The translations under genes and the position numbers were made by a program. A model generated the notes under the pieces. It worked only from the letters and a program-made list of their open reading frames with translations, was not told the origin of the DNA and did not search any database. From a virus (Duplodnaviria; Caudoviricetes): a stretch of DNA of 24,926 nt. This document shows, piece by piece, positions 1 through 8,400 of this stretch; the stretch's first letter is position 1, and the number at the start of each line of letters is the position of its first letter. Location of the stretch: positions 1-24,926 of IMG/VR virus record IMGVR_UViG_3300005932_000211; one strand, given 5' to 3'.

Positions 1-96
1 CGACCTCAAGAAATATCCATGTTACGCCGCCAACCAGAACGAACTGGAAGAGAACTGGCGATGCATAAGACGCTAAGAAAGGAGAACGAACATTGA
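1..96 (+). CDS. 3' end of an upstream hypothetical protein (partial)
   Basis: Frame 1 is open from base 1 to TGA at 94-96, overlapping the TTG start of the next gene (TTGA coupling). Frame 2 is also open to TAA at 74-76, so the frame is uncertain. Confidence 0.3.
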   Translation, partial: RPQEISMLRRQPERTGRELAMHKTLRKENEH

Positions 97-551
97 AACT
101 CATCATAAGAGGCCTTGCGGACCATGCGCATCGGCGCTGGTCTACTTGGATAAAGGCGGTTTACAAGACCTGTGAGGTCGGCCCACAGGGCTGTATCATC
201 ATCCCGGCGCAACTCGCGAATACTTGGCTCGGTCTGGCCGAGGCGCCCTGGGGCGCCCTGGAGACGCATGACCAAGAGATAGCCTTGGAGGAAGCAAACG
301 ACATCCTCAAGATCGTGATGGCCTCTAAGGAAGCCAACCCCGCGAATGTCGCGCTCCGTGACTACTTCGCTGCCCACGCGATTCCCGAGGTCATGCGGCA
401 GATGCAAGCCAACCGCACCGCCGAGGACAAAGGGAAGGGGGCCGCGTGCGCTTACCTGGTGGCCGACGCCATGATGGCCTACCGCGCCAAGTATCCCAAG
501 ACGGAAGGAGAGAAACATTGCCCAGACCAGAGCCCTTGCGAAAAGAAGTAA
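93..551 (+). CDS. Phage hypothetical protein (152 aa) with LRDYFAA...AYxVADAM domain
   Basis: AAGGAG at 79-84 precedes TTG at 93. The C-terminal half has LRDYFAAHAIPEVM...AYLVADAMMAYR, a motif widespread in small phage proteins. Confidence 0.8.
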   Translation: MKLIIRGLADHAHRRWSTWIKAVYKTCEVGPQGCIIIPAQLANTWLGLAEAPWGALETHDQEIALEEANDILKIVMASKEANPANVALRDYFAAHAIPEVMRQMQANRTAEDKGKGAACAYLVADAMMAYRAKYPKTEGEKHCPDQSPCEKK

Positions 552-868
552 CCGACAACGACCACGCCGTCAGCCTGAGCGTGCGCCTGTGTAGAGAGGA
601 ACGTAACGCTAACGCGACGGGACGCCCCGGCTATCGGCTCTTCCTGCGAGGAGGCGAGCTGGAGAAGGCGAAGGGCTCGTCCTCTCCGTTCGGGGCCGTG
701 GCCTGGAAAAATAAAGACTGCGGGTTCGACGGCTACTACCTTCTCGCGCAAGACGTCGTAGACCTGCTGGCCCCTCGGATGCAACTGGAGCCTGGCCATG
801 GGCCGCTGAAGATCGATGTCTCGCTCACGGTTGCACGAGACGAACAGACGGAGGGGGGAGCGATGTAA
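518..868 (+). CDS. Hypothetical protein (116 aa)
   Basis: In frame with ORF 446..868. The start is moved to TTG at 518 because AAGGAG (505-510) lies 7 nt upstream. The stop TAA overlaps the next ATG (TAATG). Confidence 0.7.
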   Translation: MPRPEPLRKEVTDNDHAVSLSVRLCREERNANATGRPGYRLFLRGGELEKAKGSSSPFGAVAWKNKDCGFDGYYLLAQDVVDLLAPRMQLEPGHGPLKIDVSLTVARDEQTEGGAM

Positions 869-1191
869 TGGCGCCAGACGCAGAGAAAGGCTTCAAGATC
901 AAACCCACCTCGGAGGGGGAACCCATAGTACCAGGCAACGGCCTGAAGAACATGGTGGTTACAAACAGCACGTTTGAGGTTGCCGTCCTCATGTGCCATG
1001 GGCTACGGATAATGAAAACGGTGGCAGGGGAGCGCGGTAGGGTGGCGTTCTTCTTCAACAGTCCCAAGGCTGCTGAGCTGCTCCTCGACCATCGGAACGG
1101 AGACATCACGGTAAACACGCGGGAGTTTTGCCAGAACGTCAACAATGCCCGCGACATCATTTTCGCCGAAAGGGGGAACGCTGAGCGATGA
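868..1191 (+). CDS. Hypothetical protein, DUF5659-like (107 aa)
   Basis: TAATG-coupled start with GGAGGGG upstream. The pattern T.STFEVAVLMCHG...RVAFFF...LLLDHRNGDITVNTREF resembles DUF5659 proteins from memory, unverified. Confidence 0.7.
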   Translation: MAPDAEKGFKIKPTSEGEPIVPGNGLKNMVVTNSTFEVAVLMCHGLRIMKTVAGERGRVAFFFNSPKAAELLLDHRNGDITVNTREFCQNVNNARDIIFAERGNAER

Positions 1192-1526
1192 TTTCCCTAA
1201 TCAAGTTGTGCGAGTACCTGGCCGTTGAGTGCAGGAGACAAGCCAGCGCGATCGAGGCAGAAGAGAACAAGACGTCGTCTCTTTCCCTTCAAGGGCTGAC
1301 GCCTGAGCAGCTACTCTACCCGGTGCGTCGCGCCTCCCTCGTCGACCTGGCTGTGTGTCTGGGTCGTACCGCAGCGGCGCTCGAAAGGACGCCCGAAGCC
1401 CAGGCTATTATCCAGGTCTCGAAGGGCCTGACCGTCGACATGGCGCACCGAAAAGTCCGCAGGGCGGGGGCGCCGGGGGGGGCCCAAGTGGTACCTAAAT
1501 CAACGGAAGGAGCCAAGGAGCAATGA
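1188..1526 (+). CDS. Hypothetical protein (112 aa)
   Basis: ATGA overlaps at both ends (1188-1191 and 1523-1526) place it in the coupled operon. Confidence 0.75.
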   Translation: MISLIKLCEYLAVECRRQASAIEAEENKTSSLSLQGLTPEQLLYPVRRASLVDLAVCLGRTAAALERTPEAQAIIQVSKGLTVDMAHRKVRRAGAPGGAQVVPKSTEGAKEQ

Positions 1527-2857
1527 CGACCTTTTGCGTAGACCCAAGAGCACAGGAGCCGGGCGACGGTACCAACTGGCACCGAGCGTTCAAGGAGTTT
1601 CCCGAAGAGATGCAAGCCGGCGATCACTTCTACTACTGCGGCGGGCCCTATATCGACCAGGCGCTCGTAGGCGGGCGTACCGGCGGGCCGGTGCTTCGCA
1701 TCGAGAAGGCAACGCCGCACAACGCCGGCGGAAAGATAGAGGGGGCGTCAGACTGGAGCCTGGAGCACTCCGCGATGTTCGACGGGGGCCTCAGTATGTC
1801 GCTGCGTAACGCGGTCTTTGTTGGGGGAGAGAAGCAGCACACCTGGCCAGGGCTTCTGGCCAAAGAGCCGCCCAAACTCGAAACGTACATGTCGAGCCCT
1901 GCGAGCCATTACCGAAGCCGCACGTTGACAATGACGGCGTGCGAAGGGCTGCGGATCTTGGGTGTCGAGTTCACCCAGGCCGGCATCAACCAGGGCCCAA
2001 GGATGCATGACGTATGGTACTTCATTGACTGCCACGACGTCGGCTTCACCGGCTGCTCTGCCGGCAAGACCAACCGCGCTATAGGAGTGGCGATCGGCAG
2101 GTGTTCTAATCTGTGGTTTGAAGATAACATCTTCCACGATCGCGACTGTGACACGCCGTCGGTACACGGAGAAGGGTTTCAGATCTTCCCGCTGGGCGAA
2201 GCCGGCTTAGTGGGCGAACAAGGCGCCAGGTTCCACCACAACCTTTTCCGCGACGTCATCGGTACCGGGTTCATCATCCTCAAGGGGCGCCATACGGCGA
2301 TGGTCGAAGTGACGGATAACGTCTTCGTCCATGAGGCCTACGGCCACGGGAGCAACGGCATCTTTGGGAACTCAAGCAATGACTCGTCCTTGCTCTCCCT
2401 GTTTGCCCGTAACCTCGTCTTCAACTGCAAGGGGCAGACTGGCGTATGCTTCCACGGCTCAGAGAACGCTGCTCGTAACGACGTCATGGCGAACATCTGG
2501 GCCGAGTGTATCGACAACCACGGCGGGCCTGTCGTGAAGCCTTACTTCAAGGGCTGTCGGGTCTTCGACTCGAACATCTACTCAGGTCTCGCAGTGATCC
2601 TCAATAACCCCAGGGAGCGCGACTTCTGGCCACGCACGCAATTCGATCCTATCGAGCAGGTAGGGCCGCTGCCGTTCATGGGGAGCGTGCCGCCAGACGT
2701 TCCTCCCCAGATATCGCCCTTTAACCTCGGCCGTGCGATTGCGATGGCGCGAACCGCACTGCTGAGCATCGAGGGCGTTTCGACCAAAGCCATAGCCGCG
2801 AGGGCGAAATCTGACGAGACGCTGCAATACCTGATAGACCTGAAAGAGAGTCAGTAA
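1523..2857 (+). CDS. Right-handed parallel beta-helix (pectin-lyase-like fold) protein (444 aa)
   Basis: The N-terminus FCVDPRAQEPGDGTNWHRAF...AGDHFYYCGGPY matches the typical YV...GDG.sW..Af...pGD.i...G.Y cap. Repeated Asn-ladder strands (FEDNIFHD, FHHNLFRD, VTDNVFVH, FARNLVFN, VMANIW) and HGEGFQ follow. AAGGAG lies upstream. Confidence 0.8.
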   Translation: MTTFCVDPRAQEPGDGTNWHRAFKEFPEEMQAGDHFYYCGGPYIDQALVGGRTGGPVLRIEKATPHNAGGKIEGASDWSLEHSAMFDGGLSMSLRNAVFVGGEKQHTWPGLLAKEPPKLETYMSSPASHYRSRTLTMTACEGLRILGVEFTQAGINQGPRMHDVWYFIDCHDVGFTGCSAGKTNRAIGVAIGRCSNLWFEDNIFHDRDCDTPSVHGEGFQIFPLGEAGLVGEQGARFHHNLFRDVIGTGFIILKGRHTAMVEVTDNVFVHEAYGHGSNGIFGNSSNDSSLLSLFARNLVFNCKGQTGVCFHGSENAARNDVMANIWAECIDNHGGPVVKPYFKGCRVFDSNIYSGLAVILNNPRERDFWPRTQFDPIEQVGPLPFMGSVPPDVPPQISPFNLGRAIAMARTALLSIEGVSTKAIAARAKSDETLQYLIDLKESQ

Positions 2858-3171
2858 TGCCGACCAGTTGGAGCCCACTATACCGGCATGGCCAGTACGG
2901 CTTCCAGTTCTGCACAGAAACGAAGCCCTACGTGTGCTTGTCCTGCAAGGGCACCGGGCTCTTGGGCGTCTGGCTATCACGTACCAGACTGGGGAACGTT
3001 TACGGCGAAGGCTATAGCATGTGCCCCGTCTGTCATGGGTACGGACTTTCAGCAGCTTGCACCGTCAAGTTTGTTTACTGGGACAAGGAGAAGCCGAAAA
3101 AGAAGCCTCTCTTTGACTCGTTCACGACATGGGGCGCCGATCCACTGGACCCCCCGATGTACCCCAACTGA
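2857..3171 (+). CDS. Small zinc-finger protein with two CxxCxGxG motifs (104 aa)
   Basis: CLSCKGTG and CPVCHGYG are DnaJ-type zinc-binding repeats. TAATG-coupled start. Confidence 0.75.
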   Translation: MPTSWSPLYRHGQYGFQFCTETKPYVCLSCKGTGLLGVWLSRTRLGNVYGEGYSMCPVCHGYGLSAACTVKFVYWDKEKPKKKPLFDSFTTWGADPLDPPMYPN

Positions 3172-3191
3172 GAGGAGGGAACCTGCGCCAA

Positions 3192-3208
3192 GCCGCCTTA
3201 ACGGCGGT
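3192..3208 (+). terminator. Possible weak intrinsic terminator hairpin
   Basis: GCCGCC-TTAAC-GGCGGT stem-loop 20 nt after the stop at 3171. The U-tract is poor (CATACTACTTT). Confidence 0.25.
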
Positions 3209-3238
3209 CATACTACTTTGGACGCTGGCGTCTGGGAC

Positions 3239-3268
3239 TTGACCCGCTGGGCGCCAGTGTTTTATGCT
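3239..3268 (+). promoter_or_regulatory. Putative sigma70-type promoter for terL
   Basis: TTGACC (3239-3244), 18-bp spacer, TATGCT (3263-3268). The ATG at 3276 follows 7 nt later with no Shine-Dalgarno sequence. This is the only sizeable intergenic gap in the window. Confidence 0.45.
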
Positions 3269-3275
3269 CCGCCCT

Positions 3276-5423
3276 ATGGCAATCGCGAGTGACCCCCTCT
3301 CCGAGTTGCACAACCCCGCCTTCCGCCGTGCCATCATCGCAGACCCGGTCCGCTACGCCTTCCTACTCCTCGGCTTCCAGTGCTGGCAACGCCAGGCGGA
3401 AGTCCTTGAAGCGATCTTCCACCATCGAAAAGTCGTCGTGCATACCGGCCACGCTGTCGGCAAAACGTACATGATCCCCGTACTCTTGATCCTGCACATG
3501 ATCGCCAGGCCAGACAGTCTGGGCGTCCTTACCGGCGCGAGTTGGTCGAACGTCGAACAGGTAATGAAGAACCTACGCTCGCGGTTGATGCAGTTACCGA
3601 AAGGCCTCAAGTTCGGTCAACCCACCAGGCACAAGTGGCAGCTCGGCCCAGAGTGGTACCTGGAAGCCTTCTCGCCAGACAAACCCGAGGGGATCGCCGG
3701 CAAGCATTCCTCAGGGCCCAGCGCCGGCACCATCCAGGTCGTAGACGAGGCCAGTGCCCTACTGCTCCCAATCTCTAAGGCGCTCATGGGCAATATGACC
3801 GGAGAGAACGATCGTTTGCTCTACATCGGAAACCCTCTGCACGCTGACGGGCCCTTCGTCGACGCAATCAATAACGTCGACGGTTCGTGGAAGGTTATCC
3901 ATATCTCGAGCCTCGATTCGCCCAACTTCCGCGACGACGGGATCTACGTACCGCACCTGGCGAGCCCGACCTGGCATGATGAAATGAAACGCGAGTACGA
4001 AGAGGGAAGCCCAGAGTATAAGGCCCGCGTGCTTGGCCTGGTACCTGACATCACCGACGATACTCTGATCCCCTCGTCGCTGGTCAGGGCGTGCGGCGAC
4101 GAGAAACGCCTCAAGCAATCTCTGAGATGGCAAGACGATGGACCTCTGATCGTGAGTTGCGATCCTGCGCGGAGTCCCTTCGGCGATCGCACTACGATGC
4201 TCGTGCGCGGCGAGACCCGCGTACATCTCTACGAACAACATCGCGGAAAAGACAGCGTGTGGATCGAGCAGCGCCTCGACGACATCCTCGACGACTACAC
4301 CGTCAAGGGGGAAGACCGGAGCCGCATTCGTGACGAGTACATCGACGGGCAGAACATGGGCGGGCCCCTCTGCGATCGCCGTATCCGCCGGCAGCAGATA
4401 GACCCGACCAGGCCCCACGTTCACCAGTGCATTGCCGGCCATCGAGCGCACGACATGAAACGCTTCGGCAACGAACGGGCCGAGATGTTCTCCGAGTTGA
4501 AAGACCTGCTCTCCACTATTGCCATCCCCCCGAGTATTCTCGCCCATGTCCTTGAGTGCTCCACCATTCGCTTCAGGCGTTCGATAACTCGCGATGTGAT
4601 GTATATGGAAGACAAGCAAGAGTACAAGAAGCGTACCGGCAAGTCGCCCGACGCTGCCGACGTCTTCGCTCTCTCCTGCGTCCGTATGGTAGGCAAGAAA
4701 GCCTTCCCGATGCTTGACGCCATCGTGCATCAAATGAACGCGAGGCCGATCGTCGACGAGAAAACCAACGAGATAAACTTCGCCAACCTGCCCGACGAGT
4801 GGAAACGCAAGGGCTCCCTGCACCGGGCCGTCTGGCTTTCGCGTGCAGGTGAAAGCGGCGCCGTCTGGGTGCATGTCGACGAGTCGGCTGTAACGAACAA
4901 CGAGTATGTCGCCGGCGGTTGCTGGACCGTGTACCGTGTGCTCAAGGCTTACGATGTGCCGGCCAGGATCTTCTACGAGGATGTCCTACAAAAGTCCGGA
5001 GACGAGCAGTACCGGGTCAATACGATCTCTTCTTATGACACTTCAGAGACGAACGAGACTTACGACATCACCCAGGACATTTGGGAACTCATGGACGTGA
5101 ACATGACTACGGTACCGGCCACCGACATCAAAGGCTCGAGAGGGCTCGAGGTACTCGACCGGCTGCTCCTAAGCGCCCTGGCCCATAATGTCCCAGACCA
5201 TCCCTATTGGGACGACCATGACCCAGGACTCTACCAGTCGCCCGAACAGATGCTCGTGTGGCCGGCCATCCTCGTCGACGACCTCAACCGCGCCAGGCGT
5301 GAAGAGATCACGTACACCGGAGAAGAAGATACCCCCGAAAAGGAAGGCCTCATCGGGGGCGGTTCTTCGTTGGTCAAGTGTCTTCGGATGCTTGCGGTTA
5401 GTGGCGTCTCCGCTTCAGTTTAG
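3276..5423 (+). CDS. terL: Terminase large subunit with extended C-terminus (alternative start 3264)
   Basis: Q motif (WQRQAEVL), Walker A HTGHAVGKT (3441-3467), Walker B VVDEA (3738-3752), coupling motif IGNP, YKARVLG, and RNase H-like nuclease motifs IVSCDPAR..GDRT and KSPDAADVFAL. Confidence 0.93.
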   Translation: MAIASDPLSELHNPAFRRAIIADPVRYAFLLLGFQCWQRQAEVLEAIFHHRKVVVHTGHAVGKTYMIPVLLILHMIARPDSLGVLTGASWSNVEQVMKNLRSRLMQLPKGLKFGQPTRHKWQLGPEWYLEAFSPDKPEGIAGKHSSGPSAGTIQVVDEASALLLPISKALMGNMTGENDRLLYIGNPLHADGPFVDAINNVDGSWKVIHISSLDSPNFRDDGIYVPHLASPTWHDEMKREYEEGSPEYKARVLGLVPDITDDTLIPSSLVRACGDEKRLKQSLRWQDDGPLIVSCDPARSPFGDRTTMLVRGETRVHLYEQHRGKDSVWIEQRLDDILDDYTVKGEDRSRIRDEYIDGQNMGGPLCDRRIRRQQIDPTRPHVHQCIAGHRAHDMKRFGNERAEMFSELKDLLSTIAIPPSILAHVLECSTIRFRRSITRDVMYMEDKQEYKKRTGKSPDAADVFALSCVRMVGKKAFPMLDAIVHQMNARPIVDEKTNEINFANLPDEWKRKGSLHRAVWLSRAGESGAVWVHVDESAVTNNEYVAGGCWTVYRVLKAYDVPARIFYEDVLQKSGDEQYRVNTISSYDTSETNETYDITQDIWELMDVNMTTVPATDIKGSRGLEVLDRLLLSALAHNVPDHPYWDDHDPGLYQSPEQMLVWPAILVDDLNRARREEITYTGEEDTPEKEGLIGGGSSLVKCLRMLAVSGVSASV

Positions 5424-8400
5424 CCCGCTGTGCCAGGCCAACGAGCCGCTTGGTTCTCGCTTTGAGTTGCCGGCGTTTGTCTTCCGGCCGCAGCGATCGA
5501 TTCTGCATGATCCTCTTGACCTGAGACCGTACCCCTGACATCGCCCTGGCGGTTGACTCAAGACCTTTCCGCCGGGCCAGGTAGAACTTGTCACGCCGCG
5601 CTATCATCGCAGCCTCGGAAGTGTTGCCGCGTGCGCGTAGAGTCTTCCAAGAGGTGAACGCTTTGCGTGCCTTGTCGAGATCCTCGTAGAACTCCGCGAC
5701 TGATTCGGCGCCGGAGGTTGGGTACCGGATAAGAAGAGACCGGATACCAGGCCAGTCTTCAAGGCCCTTTGCTGGGCCAGGGACGGCGTCTACGAGCCCC
5801 GACGACTTGAGGCCTACATCTATGGCCCCCTGCGCGTAACGGCCCAGGCCACCCGTCCAGCCGCCTACAACCAGGTCTATGTGACGGGGCGAGACGTTGA
5901 GCCAGCCACCGATGATCTTCGAGACCTCACTCGTCCACGGGCCGTACTGGTATTTCTTATAGAGATGTGTCTCCGAGTCGGGAATGACTTTCCTGTGCCG
6001 CCAGTCTTTGTTGGCGTAGATGTGCAGCGCCGGCCAGAAGAAAGTCGGCATAGGTACCGGGACATCGACCCGCGAGATCGTGGCGAGCACGCGCTTACCC
6101 AGCCTGGCGTCCTCGCCCTCATAGTGCGAGATGATCCCGTCGACGATGCGCTCAGGCAACGAGCCGAAAATGGTCCCAACTTCAAACGGCTTCGGGATGC
6201 GCCAGATGTGATTCTCAGTAAACACGATCCAGAAGAGATCTTTTTGCCACTGGGGTATTTCCTTCCAGCGCGGATCTTTGCGGTTGTGCAGCATCAAGGC
6301 CACCGAGGCCAAGGCGAGAAGCGACAGACGAGCGGACGTCGTCCAGGGGCGCTCTTGAAACGCGGTACCGAGACGAGAGTAGCCACCGATACGCGCCGCG
6401 AAGAACGCACTGATCTGATTTACCCCCCAGGCGTAGGAGCCCATCTTCGCGAAGTCCTGAGTGACGCGCCGGCTGGCCCATGCGGCCCTGGCCATCGCTT
6501 CTTTCTCAGGCGTGCCCTTCTTGATCTCGCTCTCGTACACCCTGCCGAACTCACCTATGCGCGTGACGTTCTCCATCGTCTCGCTAAGGATACGCAGTAC
6601 CTCGATTGGGTTCTTGATCGTGCCGGCGATTCGCTTGAAGCCGCCCTGCTTGGCAAAACTGCTCGCCTTCTTCCGGAGACTCTTGCGGTCCATCGAGACA
6701 AACGCAGCGTGGGCGCCGCCGGCCAAGATCCACTTGCGAACCATCTCGCCGCCGTCCTTGCCCTCCCAAATGTGCTTATCCTGCATCATGTAGTACATGC
6801 CCTTGACGATGTTGGCGCCAGGGATCGGGGTTGTGAACGTGTACATGAGCGATTGGACGGCGTCACGCCAGGGGTTACGGACGATCGAGAAATCGGGGTT
6901 GAGCGTAGCGCCCGCCCTGAGCCATACCGCCGGCGCACGTAGCACCTTGAAAACGGCGTGGAGATCCTGACGCGACATGCCGGTAAGCACGTTCCAGATC
7001 TCACGCGACACCAGGTAGTCCTTGCGTTCGCCATCGCGGAAAATGGTGACGACGTCCTCGCGGGGCATTTGATGTCGCGGAATGAAAAACGTGACGACCT
7101 CTTCTGCCGCCTGGCCGTTGACCTTCATGCCGAGTTTCTCTAACTCATGCACCAGGTTCTTCACCGGCTGCGTCACCGGGCCCATCTGTACGGGTGTCTC
7201 TTCTACCTTAGGGGTCTTGCCGGCGTTGTCGGCGATCATGCCGGCCACTCTCTGCTTCTCGGCCATCGAGACAAACGTGTAGACGTTCTTGATGATCGAC
7301 TCCATCGGGTCGACGATCTGGGTACGCCCGCCTTTCATCTTCGAGACCGGCGAGAACAAGTCGACCAGGCGTTCGCTTTTAAGCAGCGGGTTCTTGCCAG
7401 GACGGTGCGCCTCTTCGATGATGCGGTAGAAGGGAACATAGTAGGGGTTCAGTACGCGCATCACCTGGGCCGCGCCGGGGCTCAGGCCTCCGGAGTCGAC
7501 CAGGTATTGCAAGAGCTGGTCTTGGAACTTATGCATCTTCTCGGCAGCGACTACGATGTCGGGCATGTTCTTCTTCATCCACCGAATCGCCTTGTCCGCG
7601 TCGGCGGGGTCGATGCCAGTTTCCAGCGATCGCTGCTCGGACAAGTGCTTCGCCCTCAAGGCCACCATGTACGTCGAGATGTACGCCATGCGGCCATCGT
7701 CGGCGATCGCAGAGACGATCTCGTTCATGCCTGGCCCGATAACCTTCGAGATGTCGCCGAACTCCACCATGCCATGCTCGAGCATGTGGTACGAGATGCC
7801 CATGCGGCCATTGAAGAGCCGCGCCGTCCGATACTCCGACTCTGTGACGTCCTCGTTCTTGACGTACTTGCGGCCCTTGATCTCGCGCTCCATACGCAAG
7901 AGCGGGTGCAGTTGGTCTACCCAAGTGTCGATGAACTTCTCGTAAAGGTCGCGAGTGTCGAGGACCCCGCGCTTGCCGCCAGTGTGATCGATTCGACCCG
8001 CCACCGGCTGCAAGTCCGGAACGTCCTCGGGTGACGCGAGTTGGTACTTGGGCGCCCGCTCCTTGAGGATCTTCTCGCGTGCAGCGTCGGGGATCTCCAT
8101 GTACCAGACATCCTGCGCCGGCCTGAAAGTAAGTTTGAAGTCCTTGATAGCAGCCTGTGGCGTCTCGTGGGAGCCCCAGAACTTCGAGCCCATCGCGTGC
8201 GGCGCCTCCTCTGGCAAGCGCCCTACGTTGTCCTGGTTCGTCTTTATCGACCAACTGGTGAAGCGTTCGGAGACGTCATTCTTGACAACGTCAAGGAGCC
8301 TTAGGTCCTCGCTCTCCCCCCAGTCCTCTACTGAGCGGTCCACCGGGCCGAAGCCTACGGCTCTTTGCTCTGCCCTCAGGCCGAAACGCTTGAAAATCTT

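Noticed and set aside
446-517. GTG start at 446 for the second gene
   Set aside because: It would overlap the previous gene by over 100 nt. TTG at 518 has an AAGGAG RBS.
2857-3171. dnaJ assignment for the CxxCxGxG protein
   Set aside because: Only two repeats, no J-domain or HPD motif, and 104 aa long.
3759-4874. 371-aa - strand ORF inside terL
   Set aside because: Antisense to a motif-complete terminase, with no independent support.
4701-5423. Intein or homing endonuclease as the cause of the long terL
   Set aside because: The extra sequence is C-terminal, not inserted, and shows no intein splice residues or LAGLIDADG/HNH motif.
5881-8034. Long + strand ORFs (353 aa, 295 aa) antisense to the giant gene
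   Set aside because: Shadow ORFs expected from GC-rich codon bias. They have no RBS or motifs and lie fully inside a well-supported gene.
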